The notes: generated by a model not told the origin, from the sequence alone. DNA of 64,000 bases from Heteronotia binoei (GCF_032191835.1 NC_083243.1:151590001-151654000); one strand, 5' to 3'. Positions 24,299 to 37,220 are shown, counted from the stretch's first letter. Translations and numbers: made by a program.

Positions 24299-27200
24299 GG
24301 GGGGGAGGGGTGGGCTCACTCTTGGGTATCCTGCCCCCCCAGGGAAAGTGTATGCGCAATACATAGCCTCTCCTTTCCTGGTGTAGTGAACACCGCGTGG
24401 TCACAAAGTGTGCAAAGACTAAAGCTTGTGTGTTGGAACATCAGAACCATGCTTGACACAGTAGACAGTGGTCGCCCTGAACGACGCTCTGCTCTAGTTG
24501 CCCACGAACTTCTCAGGTTGAATATTGACATAGCAGCTCTCAGTGAGGACCGTTTCCCTGAGGAGGGTAGTCTTCAAGAACATGGTGCTGGCTATACCCT
24601 CTACTGGTCGGGTAAGTCAAAGGCTGAGAGCCACCTTTCTGGCGTTGGCTTCATGGTCAGGAACTCCATTGCCTCCAAACTTGAAAACCTGCCAACAGGT
24701 CACTCAGATCGCATCATGTCCATGCGCCTCCCACTTCAAAACAAGCAGCATGCAACACTTTTCAGTGTGTATGCCCCAACCCTTCAAGCAGATCCTGCAG
24801 AAAAGGACAAGTTCTATGCTGATCTACGCAACCTCGTATGGAAGACCCCTACAGAGGACAAGGTGATCATCCTTGGCGACTTCAATGCCAGAGTAGGTAA
24901 AGACTTGGAAGCCTGGAAAGGAGTACTTGGCAAACACAGCATTGGCAACTGCAATGATAACGGGTGCCTCCTGCTAGAATTCTGCACGGAGCACCAGCTC
25001 ACCATCACCAACACTATCTTTCAGCAGAAAAACAGCCTGAAGACAACCTGGATGTACCCACGGTCCAAGCACTGGCACCTTATTGACTACATTCTGGTGC
25101 GCCAGAGAGACCTTCGAGATGTCTTACACACCCGAGTAATGCCCAGTGCAGAATGTCATACGGATCATCGTCTTGTACGCTGCAATCTCCGTCTTCACTT
25201 TAAACCCACACCCAGGAGAGGAGGTATCCCTCGGAGGAAGCTTCAGGTTGGCAGCCTTCAGTAAGCCGAAGTTAAAGCTGCCTTCCAGGCAAAACTCCAG
25301 TCAAGAATTGAGGACCCTAGTTGCCCCACAGACCCTTCTCCAGAAGCACTCTGGGAACACCTAAAAACTACCATCCTGTTGATCTCTGAAGAAGTCCTCG
25401 GGTTCTCCACAAGGAAGAACAAGGACTGGTTTGACGAGAACAATCAAGAGATCCAAGAATTACTAGCGAAAAAGAGATCTGCCTACCAAGCACATCTTGT
25501 TCAGCCCTCCTGTCCCGGGAAAAAAGCAATCTTTCGCGCTGCATGTAGCAACCTCCAGCGCAAGCTTCGAGACATTCAGAACAAGTGGTGGACCAAGCTT
25601 GCAGAGAGAACCCAGCTGTGTGCAGACACTGGTGATTTAAAAGGGTTCTACGAAGCCCTGAAGGCAGTATATGGCCCATCATATCAGGCTCAGAGTCCCT
25701 TGCGTAGTGCAGATGGCCAAGTGCTCCTCACAGACAAGGCATCCATACTGAACCGGTGGTCGGAGTATTTTCAGGTTCTCTTCAGTGCCAACCGCGTAGT
25801 TCAAGATTCAGCAATCCACCTCACCCCACTTCAACCAGTGAAAACAGAGTTGGATGAGATCCCCACTCTAGAAGAGACTGTTAAAGCCATCAAGCAACTG
25901 AAAAGTGGCAAGGCAGCGGGAGTTGATGGAATCCTACCAGAGATCTGGAAGCATGGGGGCACAGTACTACATAGCACACTTCACAAAGTACTTGTCACCT
26001 GCTGGGAACAAGGCAAACTACCACAGGACTTTCGCGATGCAATCATCATCACTCTACACAAGAACAAAGGGAAAAAGCCAGACTGCTCCAACTACCGGGG
26101 GATAACCCTGCTCTCCATCGCAGGCAAAATCCTTGCCAGAATACTCCTGAACAGACTGGTGCCCACCATTGCAGAAGAACTCCTCCCAGAGAGCCACTGC
26201 GGCTTCAGAGCTAACAGGAGCACCACCGACATGGTATTTGTTCTCAGGCAACTCCAAGAGAAATGCAGGGAACAGAACAAGGGTCTATATGTGACTTTTG
26301 TCGACCTTACCAAAGCTTTCGATACCGTTAGCAGGAAAGGCCTGTGGCAAATCTTGGAATGTTTAGGATGTCCCCCAAGGTTCCTCAGCATGATCATCCA
26401 GCTACATGAAGACCAGCGAGGCCAAGTCAGATACTGCAACGACCTCTCGGAGCCCTTCCCAATAGGCACAGGCGTAAAGCAAGGCTGCGTTCTCGCGCCA
26501 ACTCTCTTTACGATCTTCTTTAGCATGATGCTTCAAAGAGCCGCAGTAGATCTAGATGATGACGATGGTGTCTAAATCCGCTATTGCACTGATGGCAGCC
26601 TGTTCAACCTGAGGCGACTAAAGGCTCACTCCAAGACAGTGGAAAAACTTATCCGAGAGCTACTGTTTGCTGATGATGCTGCACTCGTCTCCCACTCGGT
26701 ATCAGCTCTGCAGCATATGACGTCCTGCTTTGCAGAGGCTGCCAAGCTATTCGGCCTAGAAGTTAGTCTGAAGAAGGCAGAAGTTCTCCACCAGCCTGCA
26801 CCCCAGGAAGATTATCACCCTCCCTGCATCACTGTGGGTGAATCAGTTCTGAAGACAGTCCAGCAGTTCAGCTACCTGGGGTGCATCATCTCCTCAGATG
26901 CCAAGATCGACAAGGAGATTGACAACAGGCTGGCAAAGGCAAACCGTGCATTTGGCCGACTGCACAAAAGAGTGTGGAGCAACAAGCATCTGAAAAAAGG
27001 CACAAAGATCAATGTTTACAAAGCGGTTGTGATGACAACTCTCATCTACAGCTCCGAATCGTGGGTTTTATACCGTCATCACCTGCGACTCCTTGAGCGC
27101 TTTCATCAGCGCTGCCTTCGCACCATCCTTAACATCCACTGGAGTGACTTTGTGACCAACACTGAAGTCCTCAAGAGGGCAGAGGTTACAAGCATCGAGG

Positions 27201-27668
27201 CACTGCTGTTGAAGACGCAACTGCGCTGGGCAGGGCATATTTCTAGGATGGAAAACCACCGCCTTCCCAAGATTGCCCTGTATGGTGAACTTTCCACTGG
27301 CCATAGAAATAGAGGGGCACCAAAGAAGAGGTACAAGGACTCCTTGAAGAAATCCCTTGGCACCTGTCGCATCAACCATCACCAGTGGTCTGACCTAGCC
27401 TCAGATCGCAAAGCATGGAGGCAAACCATCCACCAGACTGTCTCTTCCTTTGAGAACGCACGCATAGCTGGTCTTGAGGACAAAAGGAGATTGAGGAAGA
27501 ATCGCACTGCTACAGCACCAACCCCAAATCAGACTTTTCCCTGCAGCCACTGTGGCCGGATCTGCCTGTCCCGCATTGGTCTTGTCAGCCACCAGCGAGC
27601 CTGCAGCAGACGTGGACTACTGCACTCTTCTTAAATCTTCGTTCGCAAAGTCAAGCCGAGAGGGAGAG
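24299..27668 (+). mobile_element. Near full-length RTE-clade LINE (RTE-1/AviRTE-like rather than BovB)
   Basis: A 10-bp TSD AAGACTGCAA (24289-24298, 27669-27678), a GA-rich 3' tail, and a single EN-RT frame. Confidence 0.95.
24386..27634 (+). pseudogene. RTE endonuclease-reverse transcriptase ORF with two in-frame stops
   Basis: ORFs 24386-25264, 25379-26575 and 26639-27634 share one frame, with TAA at 25262 and 26573. Motifs WNIRTMLD, AALSE, GDFNARVG, IDYILV, TDH, NYRGITLLS, FVDLTKAFD, GVKQGCVLAP, LFADD, YLG and a C-terminal C2H2 finger CSHC...SHQRAC. Confidence 0.95.
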
Positions 27669-28170
27669 AAGACTGCAACCAAAAGAGGCATTGAGTTCTT
27701 CCTAGCAGACAAAACCCCCAAAGTTACTGAACAGGTGGCAGAATTCCTGACAAATGTACTCGGGGGCCAAGGAAAAGTGGAAAGAAAAGAGGGAAGAGGA
27801 AAGGGTGGGAAGAGTGTGTGAGAGAAATAAGGTGTGTCTATGATTCCCCTTTGGATAGTTAAACTTTTTACTATAACCATTTTAACTACTGTAATATTTG
27901 AGATTACTATTGCAAACTTTTATCACTTTGTCCTATTATTATTACTACTCTTAATGTTACAAATCATTGTACCTTGATTGTTTCTCCTTCTTGGCATATA
28001 GGCTGATTTGTACTGCTACCTTTTTTTAAAAAAAATTGTTATGCCAATAAGAGGCTCTCAGTTTATATTTCTATTGTTGATAAATTTAGTGATTGTGCCC
28101 AACCAATTGGCTGTAAGCACATGAAACGTTCAACTAAAATTGTTATGCCAATAAAGGTTTTTGGAATTGG
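27669..28170 (+). mobile_element. RTE-X-like LINE 3' end
   Basis: Removing the RTE restores QLSKTA|TKRGIEFFLADKTPKVTEQVAEFL. The tail is AATAAAGGTTTTTGGAATTGGAATTGA. Confidence 0.75.
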
Positions 28171-29519
28171 AATTGAGTTGACAACCTTATCTCATTCCCA
28201 AACTACCATCAGCCTACCTTTATTTGCCCATCTGACTTCAGCTTTCTATTTCCTCCCCCCTCCCTACAACTTCTACCTAGTCTTTCTCCATAGGGGGGGA
28301 TTAAACAGTTTACATAATTCTCTTCTGCCTCTTTTGATCACTGTCTCCCAGCCACAACTGCCTGCTTTCTCTTCCAAATGCCACAGAGAGTGGGTAGGCA
28401 ACAGTGGGCAGGAGTAAGAACAAGTAACAGTTGTTACTTGATACAACTATTAAGCAAAGAATGTACATGGACTCAACCAACGGAATGCAATGGAACTTGA
28501 GCGGTGATTGATGGGTCAATGGCTTATGAGCTGAGTTGTGACCAGTATGTCTGGGCTTTTATAAGGATTATATATTTACAAAATTTATCTCCTGCCTTTC
28601 TGCTCTCACATGGTTCTGCCTTGTGCTCTGGAGTCCTACGCCTTGATCATCACCACTGCAGCCATCTAACGGCTATGTTCTCCATGAGGGAGAAAGTTTA
28701 GCCATCCACAGCAGTCATCTTGCTGCCATTGAGGTGGCCCTTTTGGGCTTTCCACATAGACCTTTTGACCTCATAAAGGGTGATCCATCTTGATGTACCA
28801 CCCATAGCAATCTGAGTATGAAGAGATTTTTTTGGGAGAGCCTCCTGCTCCCTCTCCAGTTCTCCCCACTGAGAGGGAGTTGGCCTCTTCTTCGTCCTCT
28901 GGCCACCATTCTTTCCTTCGATGGCAACATACTGGGATGCACCCTTTGCAGGTGCCTGCAAAGGATGGAGGAGAACAATTGTTAGGGTGGGTTTGCACCC
29001 TCCAGACATGGGTGTGGCACATCTGGCACTCTGTCACACAGGGGTCACTTGGGAGGATGCATAAATGTTTCAAACTGTGCCCTCAGGACTGGAGAAGGTG
29101 GGAGGTGCAGCTGCTTTCTGGCACTGAGTTGGGAGGGGTCACAAAGGGGTACTTGAGGTGGAAACCGCAACAGGGAGTTAGAATGTGGAAGGGGAAGATG
29201 CTTCCCCCCGCCCCCAAAATCACTGCTGACAGAGTCTTCCTCTCCATAGAGTGTTAGCAACTTCTGGTGTCTCTGGTCAGTGCTAACAACTCTTTTGCCT
29301 CTGTGGAGAACCCCAGGAAAAAATCAGAGGAAGGAGGCTCCAGGACCTCTAGGTTTGGTGCCTGGGGGTGGGGGCCTGTGGTATGCGAGGGGTGGAGGTC
29401 TCCCCCCCTAACAAGAACCCTTTGCACCCACTTTCACTCTCATGACCTACAGAACCTGAACATGAGTCTGACATTTTCCTAGAAAGCACTTTACCTGGGG
29501 CACCTTCTTGGGGAGGGGG

Positions 29520-29840
29520 GCATAACTCAGACCCTGTAAATTCAATCATCACCATACTTGGCAGGCAGGTAGAGGAGAGTCAGCCAGAGATCCCATATGA
29601 GTTTGGTGTCTTTAGCATGCCAGGGGCCATTTTGTCACACCATAACCTCATAAACCAATTTGGTTCATCTAGTGTCAGAAAGTTCATGGCAATCGTGAAC
29701 CATGCACACCACCATCTGATGCAAACCTATTTTTTTCCCGGTTTGTGGCCATCTCTAATCAAAGTTGCACTTTCTCTGACCATCTCCCAGCGCAAGTCAT
29801 CCCCCAGGTCAACCAAGGCTGTTTCAGTGGAATTATACAA
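29520..29840 (-). mobile_element. L2 RT fragments
   Basis: The minus strand gives TETALVDLGDDLRWEMVRESAT, a degenerate form of L2 STETAL..DDL..DRG. Confidence 0.55.
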
Positions 29841-30789
29841 AGAATGAAATCCACTAGACTCTGTGAACAATCTTCCCATTCTTCCTTTTTATCACCACAC
29901 CACGTGTACTTTTTAAAAATAGATCCTTTCTCAAGCTTCTGAAATCCTTTTCCATGTAATGCAACAATGCCGAAGAACAAGCAGACACTTTCACTAACTT
30001 GTCTCCCTTTAAAAATTCCGCAACTAATACCATGGGTGAAGCAAAAGATTAATTTCTGTACCACCTGGCAACTAGCTGTGGATTAAAGCAATGCCCCTAA
30101 TGTTGGGCTAATGTTCTGTGAAAACAATGCTCAAATGCCAAAACAACTGGCCTCCTGTTTAAACAATCATCTTGTTGCTCTTGTTAGCCAGTGGTCTTAC
30201 ATTTTCATTTTTTTTCCTGGTATGCAAAACCCATGTAATGTGGCGAATTGTCTTAGTGGAAAGGAGAAATACAGTAAACTTGTTCAATTAAAGCACATTA
30301 TCAGAGCCAGCTGTTAAGGCCCCATGAACTCCACTGGCTTTAGCAAAAGTAAATATCCTTAGTGAAAGAAGGCAGACACACTCTGGCCTTGGAGGCAAGA
30401 CAAGGGTTTGACTTTTACAATAGAAAAAGAGAGTCTTTGTCTCAGACTGAATTCTATAACAATGGAAAGCCCACTAAATTAAGGGTCTAGTAAATGGGCA
30501 ACAGTAAGATCTCTATTTTGCTGTTCTATAACATGAGACTTAATTCAATAACAGGTGTGATCATTTTGCATATCATTCCCCAGACTGCTTTGTACCTTTT
30601 CTGACATGAATTAAATTATATTCTTGATAAAATGAAGTAATATATTCACTAGTGTTCTACGTGTGTTCACAGAACATCTAAACATGTAGTTTTCTGTAGC
30701 CTAGAATGCCTAAGGCTTTCTTAGCATATAAGGGCATATATCTGAGAAATTACCTGAACAGTATGCAATATTCCATAGATTTATATAAG

Positions 30790-31094
30790 GAGAGTATGAC
30801 GGCAGAAGTTTTATTCTCTACTCCTGTTCTAATTATTACCAGTAAGGAGTTCACCTTTTTCACACCAGCAGCACACCAGGTCAACATTTTCATTGACCTA
30901 ACCACTACCACCCCAAGATCCCTTTCATGGTCTGTTGCTAACAGTTGCTCTCAGTTCAGACCCCCAATATGCATCACTTTACACTTTATCTCATTTGTCA
31001 TTTTGATGCCCATTCCCTGAGTTTGGAGATACCCTTTTGGAGCTCTTTCAATTTGTTTTTGACTGAACCACCCTGAACAATTTAATGTCATCTG
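30790..31094 (-). mobile_element. Old CR1 RT fragment
   Basis: Homologous to 32150-32500 of the larger CR1 (CACCCTGAACAATTTAATGTCATCTGCAA, CCCCAAGATC). Confidence 0.65.
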
Positions 31095-31190
31095 CAAGCT
31101 TGAATTTACTAATGCAAATCTGTTTTTTACATTATCTTTAAACTCTTCAGGAATGTTGTTTAGATTGTATTTTGGCACTATGAATGTTTT
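31095..31190 (-). mobile_element. BovB-type RTE fragment
   Basis: The minus frame KTFIVPKYNLNNIPEEFKDNVKNRFAL resembles the BovB post-endonuclease segment. Confidence 0.55.
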
Positions 31191-31622
31191 GGTATCAGTA
31201 CTGAAGCTGATCAGATGGACTGAACATGAGGACAAGTATGTTGCACTTCTCCATGACCACACCTACAATGAATAAGCACTGCTAACTGAAGAGAAATAAA
31301 TCCCTGTGTGCTGTAGTGTCAGGTTGCAATGCGGACCAATTTGATCCACTGTGCAGCTGTGCCAGAGCACCCTTCAATGGCAACACTTGCATCATGAGCA
31401 TAAAACACTTTATTGTTTTTTCTGTTAGTCAAACTAGAATATCCCACATTTTAAAAGATAGTACATATTTTCTTGGTATGAGAATAAGAACATAAGAACA
31501 TAAGAGAAGCCATGTTGGATCAGGCCAATGGCCCATCCAGTCCAACACTCTGTGTCACACAGTGGCCAATATATGTGTGTGTGTATACACACACACACAC
31601 ACACACACACAGGTCCAGAGGA

Positions 31623-31708
31623 TGGAGCAGAGGTCCATCAGTGGCTATTAGCCACTATATATATATATATATATTGTGGCTAATAGCCACTGATGGACCT
31701 CTGCTCCA
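31623..31708. repeat. Perfect 33-bp inverted repeat around a (TA)n spacer
   Basis: 31623-31655 (TGGAGCAGAGGTCCATCAGTGGCTATTAGCCAC) is the exact reverse complement of 31676-31708. Confidence 0.95.
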
Positions 31709-34450
31709 TATTTTTATCCAATCCCCTCTTAAAGCTGGCTATGCTTGCAGCCGCCACCATCTTCTGTGGCAGTGAATTCCACATGTTAATCACCATTTCG
31801 GTGAAGAAGTACTTCCTTTTATCCATTTTAACCTGACTGCTCAGCAATTTCATTGAATGCCCATGAGTTCTTGTATTGCAAGAAAGGGAGAAAAGTACTT
31901 CTTTCTCTACTTTCTCCATCCCATGCATAATCTTGTAAACCTCTATCATGTCACCCCGCAGTTGATGTTTCTCCAGGCTAAAGAGCCCGAAGCGTTTTAA
32001 CCTTTCTTCATAGGGAAAGTGTTCCAAACATTTAATCATTCTAGTTGCCCTTTTCTGCACTTTTTCCAAAGCTATAATATCCTTTTTGAGATGCGATGAC
32101 CAGAACTGCACACAGTACTCCAAATGAGACCGCACCATCGATTTATACAGGGGCATTATGATACTGGCTGATTTGTTTTCATTTCCCTTCCTAATAATTC
32201 CAAGCATGGCATTGGCCTTTTTTATTGCAATCGCACACTGTCTTGACATTTTCAGTGAGTTATCTACCACGACCCCAAGATCTCTCTCTTGGTCAGTCTC
32301 TGCCAGTTCACACCCCATCAACTTGTATTTGTAGCTGTGATTCTTGGCCCCAATGTGCATTACTTTGCACTTGGCCACATTGAACATCATCTGTCACGTT
32401 GATGCCCACTCACCCAGCCTCAACAGATCCCTTTGGAGTGCCTCATAATCCTCTCTGGTTCTCACCACCCTGAACAATTTAGTGTCATCTGCAAACTTGG
32501 CCACTTCACTGCTTACTCCCAACTCCAGATCATTAATGAACAAGTTAAGGAGCATGGGACCCAGTACTGAGCCCTGCGGCACCCCACTGCTTACCGTCCT
32601 CCACTGTGAAGACTGCCCATTTATACTGCTTCCTATTAGCCAGTTTTTGATCCACAAGAGGACCTGTCCTTTTACTCCATGACTCTCGAGCTTACTAAGG
32701 AGCCTTTGATGAGGAACTTTATCAAAAGCTTTCTGGAAGTCAAGGTAAACAATATCTATTGGGTCCCCTTTGTCCACATGTTTGTTCACTCTCTCAAAGA
32801 ACTGTAACAGGTTAGTGAGGCAAGATCATCCCTTACAGAACCCATGCTGAGTCTTCCTCAATAACTTGTGTTCATCAATGTGCCTACTCATTCTGTCCTT
32901 GATAATACTTTCTACCAACTTTCCTGGTATTGAAGTCAGACTGACGGGTCTGCAATTTCCCAGATCTCCTCTGGAACCCTTTTTAAAGATGGGGGTGACA
33001 TTTGCTACCTTCCAGTCCTCAGGAACGGAGGCAGATTTCAAGGAAAGATTATATATTTTTGTCAGAAGATCCACAAGTTCATCTTTGAGTTCTTTCAGAA
33101 CTCTTGGATGTATGCAATCCGGACCTGGTGACTTATTAGTTTTTAATTCATCAATCAGTTGTAGGACCTCCTTTCTTGTCACCTCAATTTGACTCAGGTC
33201 TTTCAACACCTCTTCCAAAATTAGTGGTTCTGGAGCAGACAAACACTTCTCATCTTCCACAGTGAAGACTGAGGCAAAAAATGCATTCAGCTTCTCAGCC
33301 ATTTCCCTATCCTCCTTCAGTAATCCTTTTACCCCTTGGTCATTCAAGGGCCCCACTGCCTCCCTGGCTGGTTTCCTGCTTCTAATATGTTTGAAGAAAT
33401 TTTTATTGTTGGTCTTTATGTTTTTGCAATATTCTCCTCATGGTTCCTTTTTGCCTGCCTTATCACAATCTTACATTTGATTTGCCACAGCCTGTGTTCC
33501 CTTGTATTAATCTCACTTGGACTAGCTTTCCACCACTTAACGGAGTCTTTCTTACCGTTTATAGCTTCCATTACTTTGTTTGTTAACCATGCAGGCCTTT
33601 TCTTACACCTGTTTGTTCCTTTCCTAACTTGTGGTATATATTTTATCTGAGTTTCTAGAATTGTAGTTTTAAATAGCCTCCAAGCTTCCTCAAGGGTTTT
33701 GACTGTATTTACCTTTCCTTACAGTTTCCTCTTCACATGCCTCCTCATCTCAGAAAATTTACACCTTTTAAAGTTAAAAGTGGTTGTGTTGGTCTTTTGG
33801 GGCAACTCCCTATTTATACAAATGGTGAAATCAATAACCTTATGGTCAATGCTCCCAAGCAGTGCAATCACTTTTACATCTCTCACCAAGTCTTGGGCAT
33901 TATTTAGGACCAAATGCAGGATCGCCCCACCCCTGGTTGGTTCTGTGAACATCTGCTCCATAGCACAGTCATTGAGAGCATCTAGAAACTCAATCTCTTT
34001 CTCTCAACCTGAACACATATTGACCCAATCAATCTGCGGGTAGTTAAAATCACCTATTACGACACAGTTTTTACATTTAGCCGCTATCTTTAATCCTTCC
34101 ATCATATTATAATCATCCTCTATCTTTTGATTTGGTGGGCGATAACAAACTCCCATAGTTAAATTTCCTTTTCGACCCAAAGCATTTCTAGAAGGGAATC
34201 TAATTCTTTGACTTCAGTCTTACTGGACTGTATACCCTCTCTGACATACAGAGCCATCCCACCTCCAACCCTTCCCTCCCTATCCTTCCAATATAACTTA
34301 TATCCAGGAATCACCGTGTCCCACTGATTCTCCTCATTCCCACAATGTCTATGTTTTCCCCCAACACTAAACTTTCCAACTCACCAATTTTATTTCAAAC
34401 ACTTCTAGCATTTGTATACAAACATCTATAATTTCCCAGGCAAGTTAAGC
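31680..34450 (-). pseudogene. CR1 ORF2 (EN-RT), disrupted
   Basis: Split ORFs 33719-33961, 32826-33356, 32394-32789 and 31680-32390 with the motifs listed for the CR1 element. Confidence 0.9.
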
Positions 34451-34630
34451 CCGCAACCTTCCTCCTGCTGCCTCAAGACTTTGGCAGACACTCCATACTG
34501 TTTGTCACCATCTCAGTGGACAACTCTGACCCATTGCCCAGTAGAAAAGTAACAGCTAACCCTTCATCTCTTTGAGATGAGTCCTCCCAAACCAGAGACA
34601 TTTCATCTCCTGTTGGTTTTCCCCCAAGAT

Positions 34631-34910
34631 TTAGTTTAAAAACTGCTCTGCCACCTTTTTGATTTTAAGCGCCAGCAGCTTGGTTCCATCTGGGGACAAG
34701 TGGAGACCGTCTCTTTTGTACAGCTCCCACTTGTTCCAGAAAGCATCCCAGTGCCTAACAAACTTAAACCCTCCCTCCCTACACCATCGTCTGATCCACA
34801 CATTGAGACTTCTAATTTGTGCCTGTCTCTCCCGCCCTGCACGTGGAACAGGTAGCACTTCTGAGAAGGCTTCCTTGGAGGTCCTGGCCTTAAGTCTCCT
34901 GCCTAGCTGC
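34631..34910 (-). pseudogene. CR1 ORF1 C-terminal SGNH/GDSL esterase remnant
   Basis: LPVPRAG..RQAQIRSLNVWIRRWC..GF.FVRHW..FW...LYKRDGLHLS (DxxH block V). Confidence 0.85.
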
Positions 34911-36049
34911 CTAGAGCTAAGATGCTCTAGCTGACTTTTTCTTTGGATTGTCTTTATCTAGAATGACCATCAATAATCTCTTTTCTACAGCAGCCATCAT
35001 TTCCTGAGACCAAGTCAAAAGAAAACACATTGCATCATTCAATCACCAATAAGCTGGAGAGAGCATTTTCACTTTTCAGCTGCAATGCACACACACTCAC
35101 CAAGTTCCACTCTCCAAAAAGCTACTGCGGATCCTGGCAGTGTCTCATTGCAAAGTAGTCAGACTGGCTGGCACCCCGAAAGTAGCTTCTTCATCCAAAA
35201 GACAGCTGCAACACAGGCATGACGACACAGTTTACCAGTCGGGAGAGAGCTGGCTGAAATCTGTCAGAGCACACCCAGAGCACTTGGATGCCAGAGTCAG
35301 GGAGGCCAGCTGTCTTATTACAGTAAACACCATTCCAGAAGCTACGGGGTCAAGGGGGGGGGCACCCTCCATTCATTCAGAGCTTATACTGGAACTTCCA
35401 GAACAAGGCAGAGATCCATTACAGCTTCCAGTTCCAAGCAGCTTCAGTAATGACAGTAGCTTCTGTTGGCTACAAAATAATTATGTGTTAATTGTGCTTG
35501 TGAATGGGCAATAGTGCAATACACAAAGAGCTATGAATAACTTTATGGTGTATGTGCTTGAAAGGACACCTAGACAGCAAAATGTGTGTATTTCATTGGT
35601 CCCAAAGAGGCTTTAAAGTTAGAAGGACATGGCAATTGAATATCTGTGAACATGCAAACAATATGTTGTCGTATCATCAGCTTATAGTTAGGTGAAGAGA
35701 CACAGAGGGGCAAACTTGTTCAAATGAGGATAGGTTTACAGTGTACTATTTCAGGGACATTTCATATTTTACACATAGGGGAAACCTGGGTTTCCTATGA
35801 AGTATTCATCAAACAGAGCTGCAGCCTGTCACAGCTCTTTGGGATACTTGTATGATACACATGCATACAAGTACATGCTTATTGTATTAACATTTAATAT
35901 TTCTAGGTGTACATAAAACTTTGGCTTCCATCCAGCAGGGTGCAGACAGAAACATTATTTATGTATTTAAAATATTTATTAGTTGCCTTTCTTCCTTACT
36001 GTATAAATAAAATACATAGAAAAGATAACATAAAAACAAAATTTAAAAT

Positions 36050-36650
36050 CTCAGCATTTGATTAAAGTAGTCCTCAATAAAGCTATCGTCATCTGTTTCC
36101 TAAAGACTGGAAGTGAGGGAGTCAGGTACACCTTCCTCAGGAGAATATTTTAGAATTTTGGGGCTGCCACTGTAAAAGCCTACTGCCCTGTACCCACCAA
36201 ACAAGCATCTTTGATTGATGAGACAGTTAGGAGGGCCTCTCCCTGTGTTCTTGATTTCTGAGCAGGAACATATGGGACAAGGTGATTCTTCAGATATCCT
36301 GGTCCCAACCCATGTAAGGCTTTAAAGGTCAAACCAACGTCTTGAATTGGGCTCAGATGCAGATCAGTAGCCAATGTAGTTGCTGTAATATCAAAGGAGG
36401 AATCTCTCAGCACCACCTTCTGAGATCATCACCCCCCAAGATAGGACTTGAACCGCTATAAGAATTGCCCTCCAGCTGAAAGATTCAGCAGAACCAGCAG
36501 AATCACATTTCCCCTGCCTAGTTCTTTGTAGAGATCATGAACCAAAGTGACCAAAGCAATGTCTGTTCCAAAACCTGGCCTGAAGCGAGATTGAAATGGG
36601 TCTAGAAAATCAGTTTCTTCCAAGAGCTCATGAAGCTGAGATGAAACCAC
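36050..36650 (-). mobile_element. L2 LINE fragments (RT and 3' end)
   Basis: LDPFQSRFRPGFGTDIAL...LVLLNLSA, and LTFKALHGLGPGYLKNHL. Confidence 0.8.
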
Positions 36651-37049
36651 CTAATAAAACAATTTAAAACATCACAGTATACTTAGTTAAAACCAACAAC
36701 CCCCCATATAACATAATCCACAAGTTGGCAGTTGCAGTTCAACAGGAAGTCCTACATGAATCCTGCACATGTGCCCAAGATGGACCAGATTGCCAGGCAA
36801 GTATACATAACCAGTAACCACCATCAATAGCACAGCTGAATTAGTGCAAGCCTCAAGAGGGAAGTGGGCAAGGTGGAACAGGGTGAAGCAAGGGAGGCCC
36901 CTGGTTGAGGCTAAACAGCTCTGGCCCTGGTTGAGGCGAAAGAGATGTTTTGGGGGCCAGTGATCACTAGGAAATGTTGTTCCGAGGACTGTAGTGCTCT
37001 TCTGGGGACAAATTGGAAGAGATGGTCTTGCAGATATGTTGATCCCAGA

Positions 37050-37220
37050 CAGGAGTAGAATTTTAGCAGGAGCTCCTTTGCATATTAGGCCACACACCCC
37101 TGATGTAGCCAATCCTCCAAGAGCTTACAAAAAAGAACCTTGTAAGCTCTTGAAGGATTGGCTACATCAGGGGGTTGTGGCCTAATATGCAAAGGAGCTC
37201 CTGCTAGAATTCCACCCCTG
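37050..37220. mobile_element. Palindromic hAT-type MITE
   Basis: The element is a near-complete foldback, with TIR CAGGGGTGGAATTCTAGCAGGAG and a perfect 8-bp TSD ATCCCAGA (37042-37049, 37221-37228). Confidence 0.92.

Larger units (their letters stand above)
31483..34910 (-). mobile_element. CR1 LINE, 5'-truncated inside ORF1
   Basis: (TTCTTATG)n tail at 31483-31505. ORF2 motifs CLYTNARSV, KSPGPD, YLDFQKAFDKVPH, GVPQGSVLGP, FADD. ORF1 remnant at 34.6-34.9 kb. Confidence 0.95.

Noticed and set aside
28698-29073. Three overlapping minus-strand ORFs behind a palindromic acceptor-like site (CCTTTGCAGG-TG-CCTGCAAAGG)
   Set aside because: All the ORFs are short, have no recognisable motif and lack a matching donor. 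Chance is sufficient.
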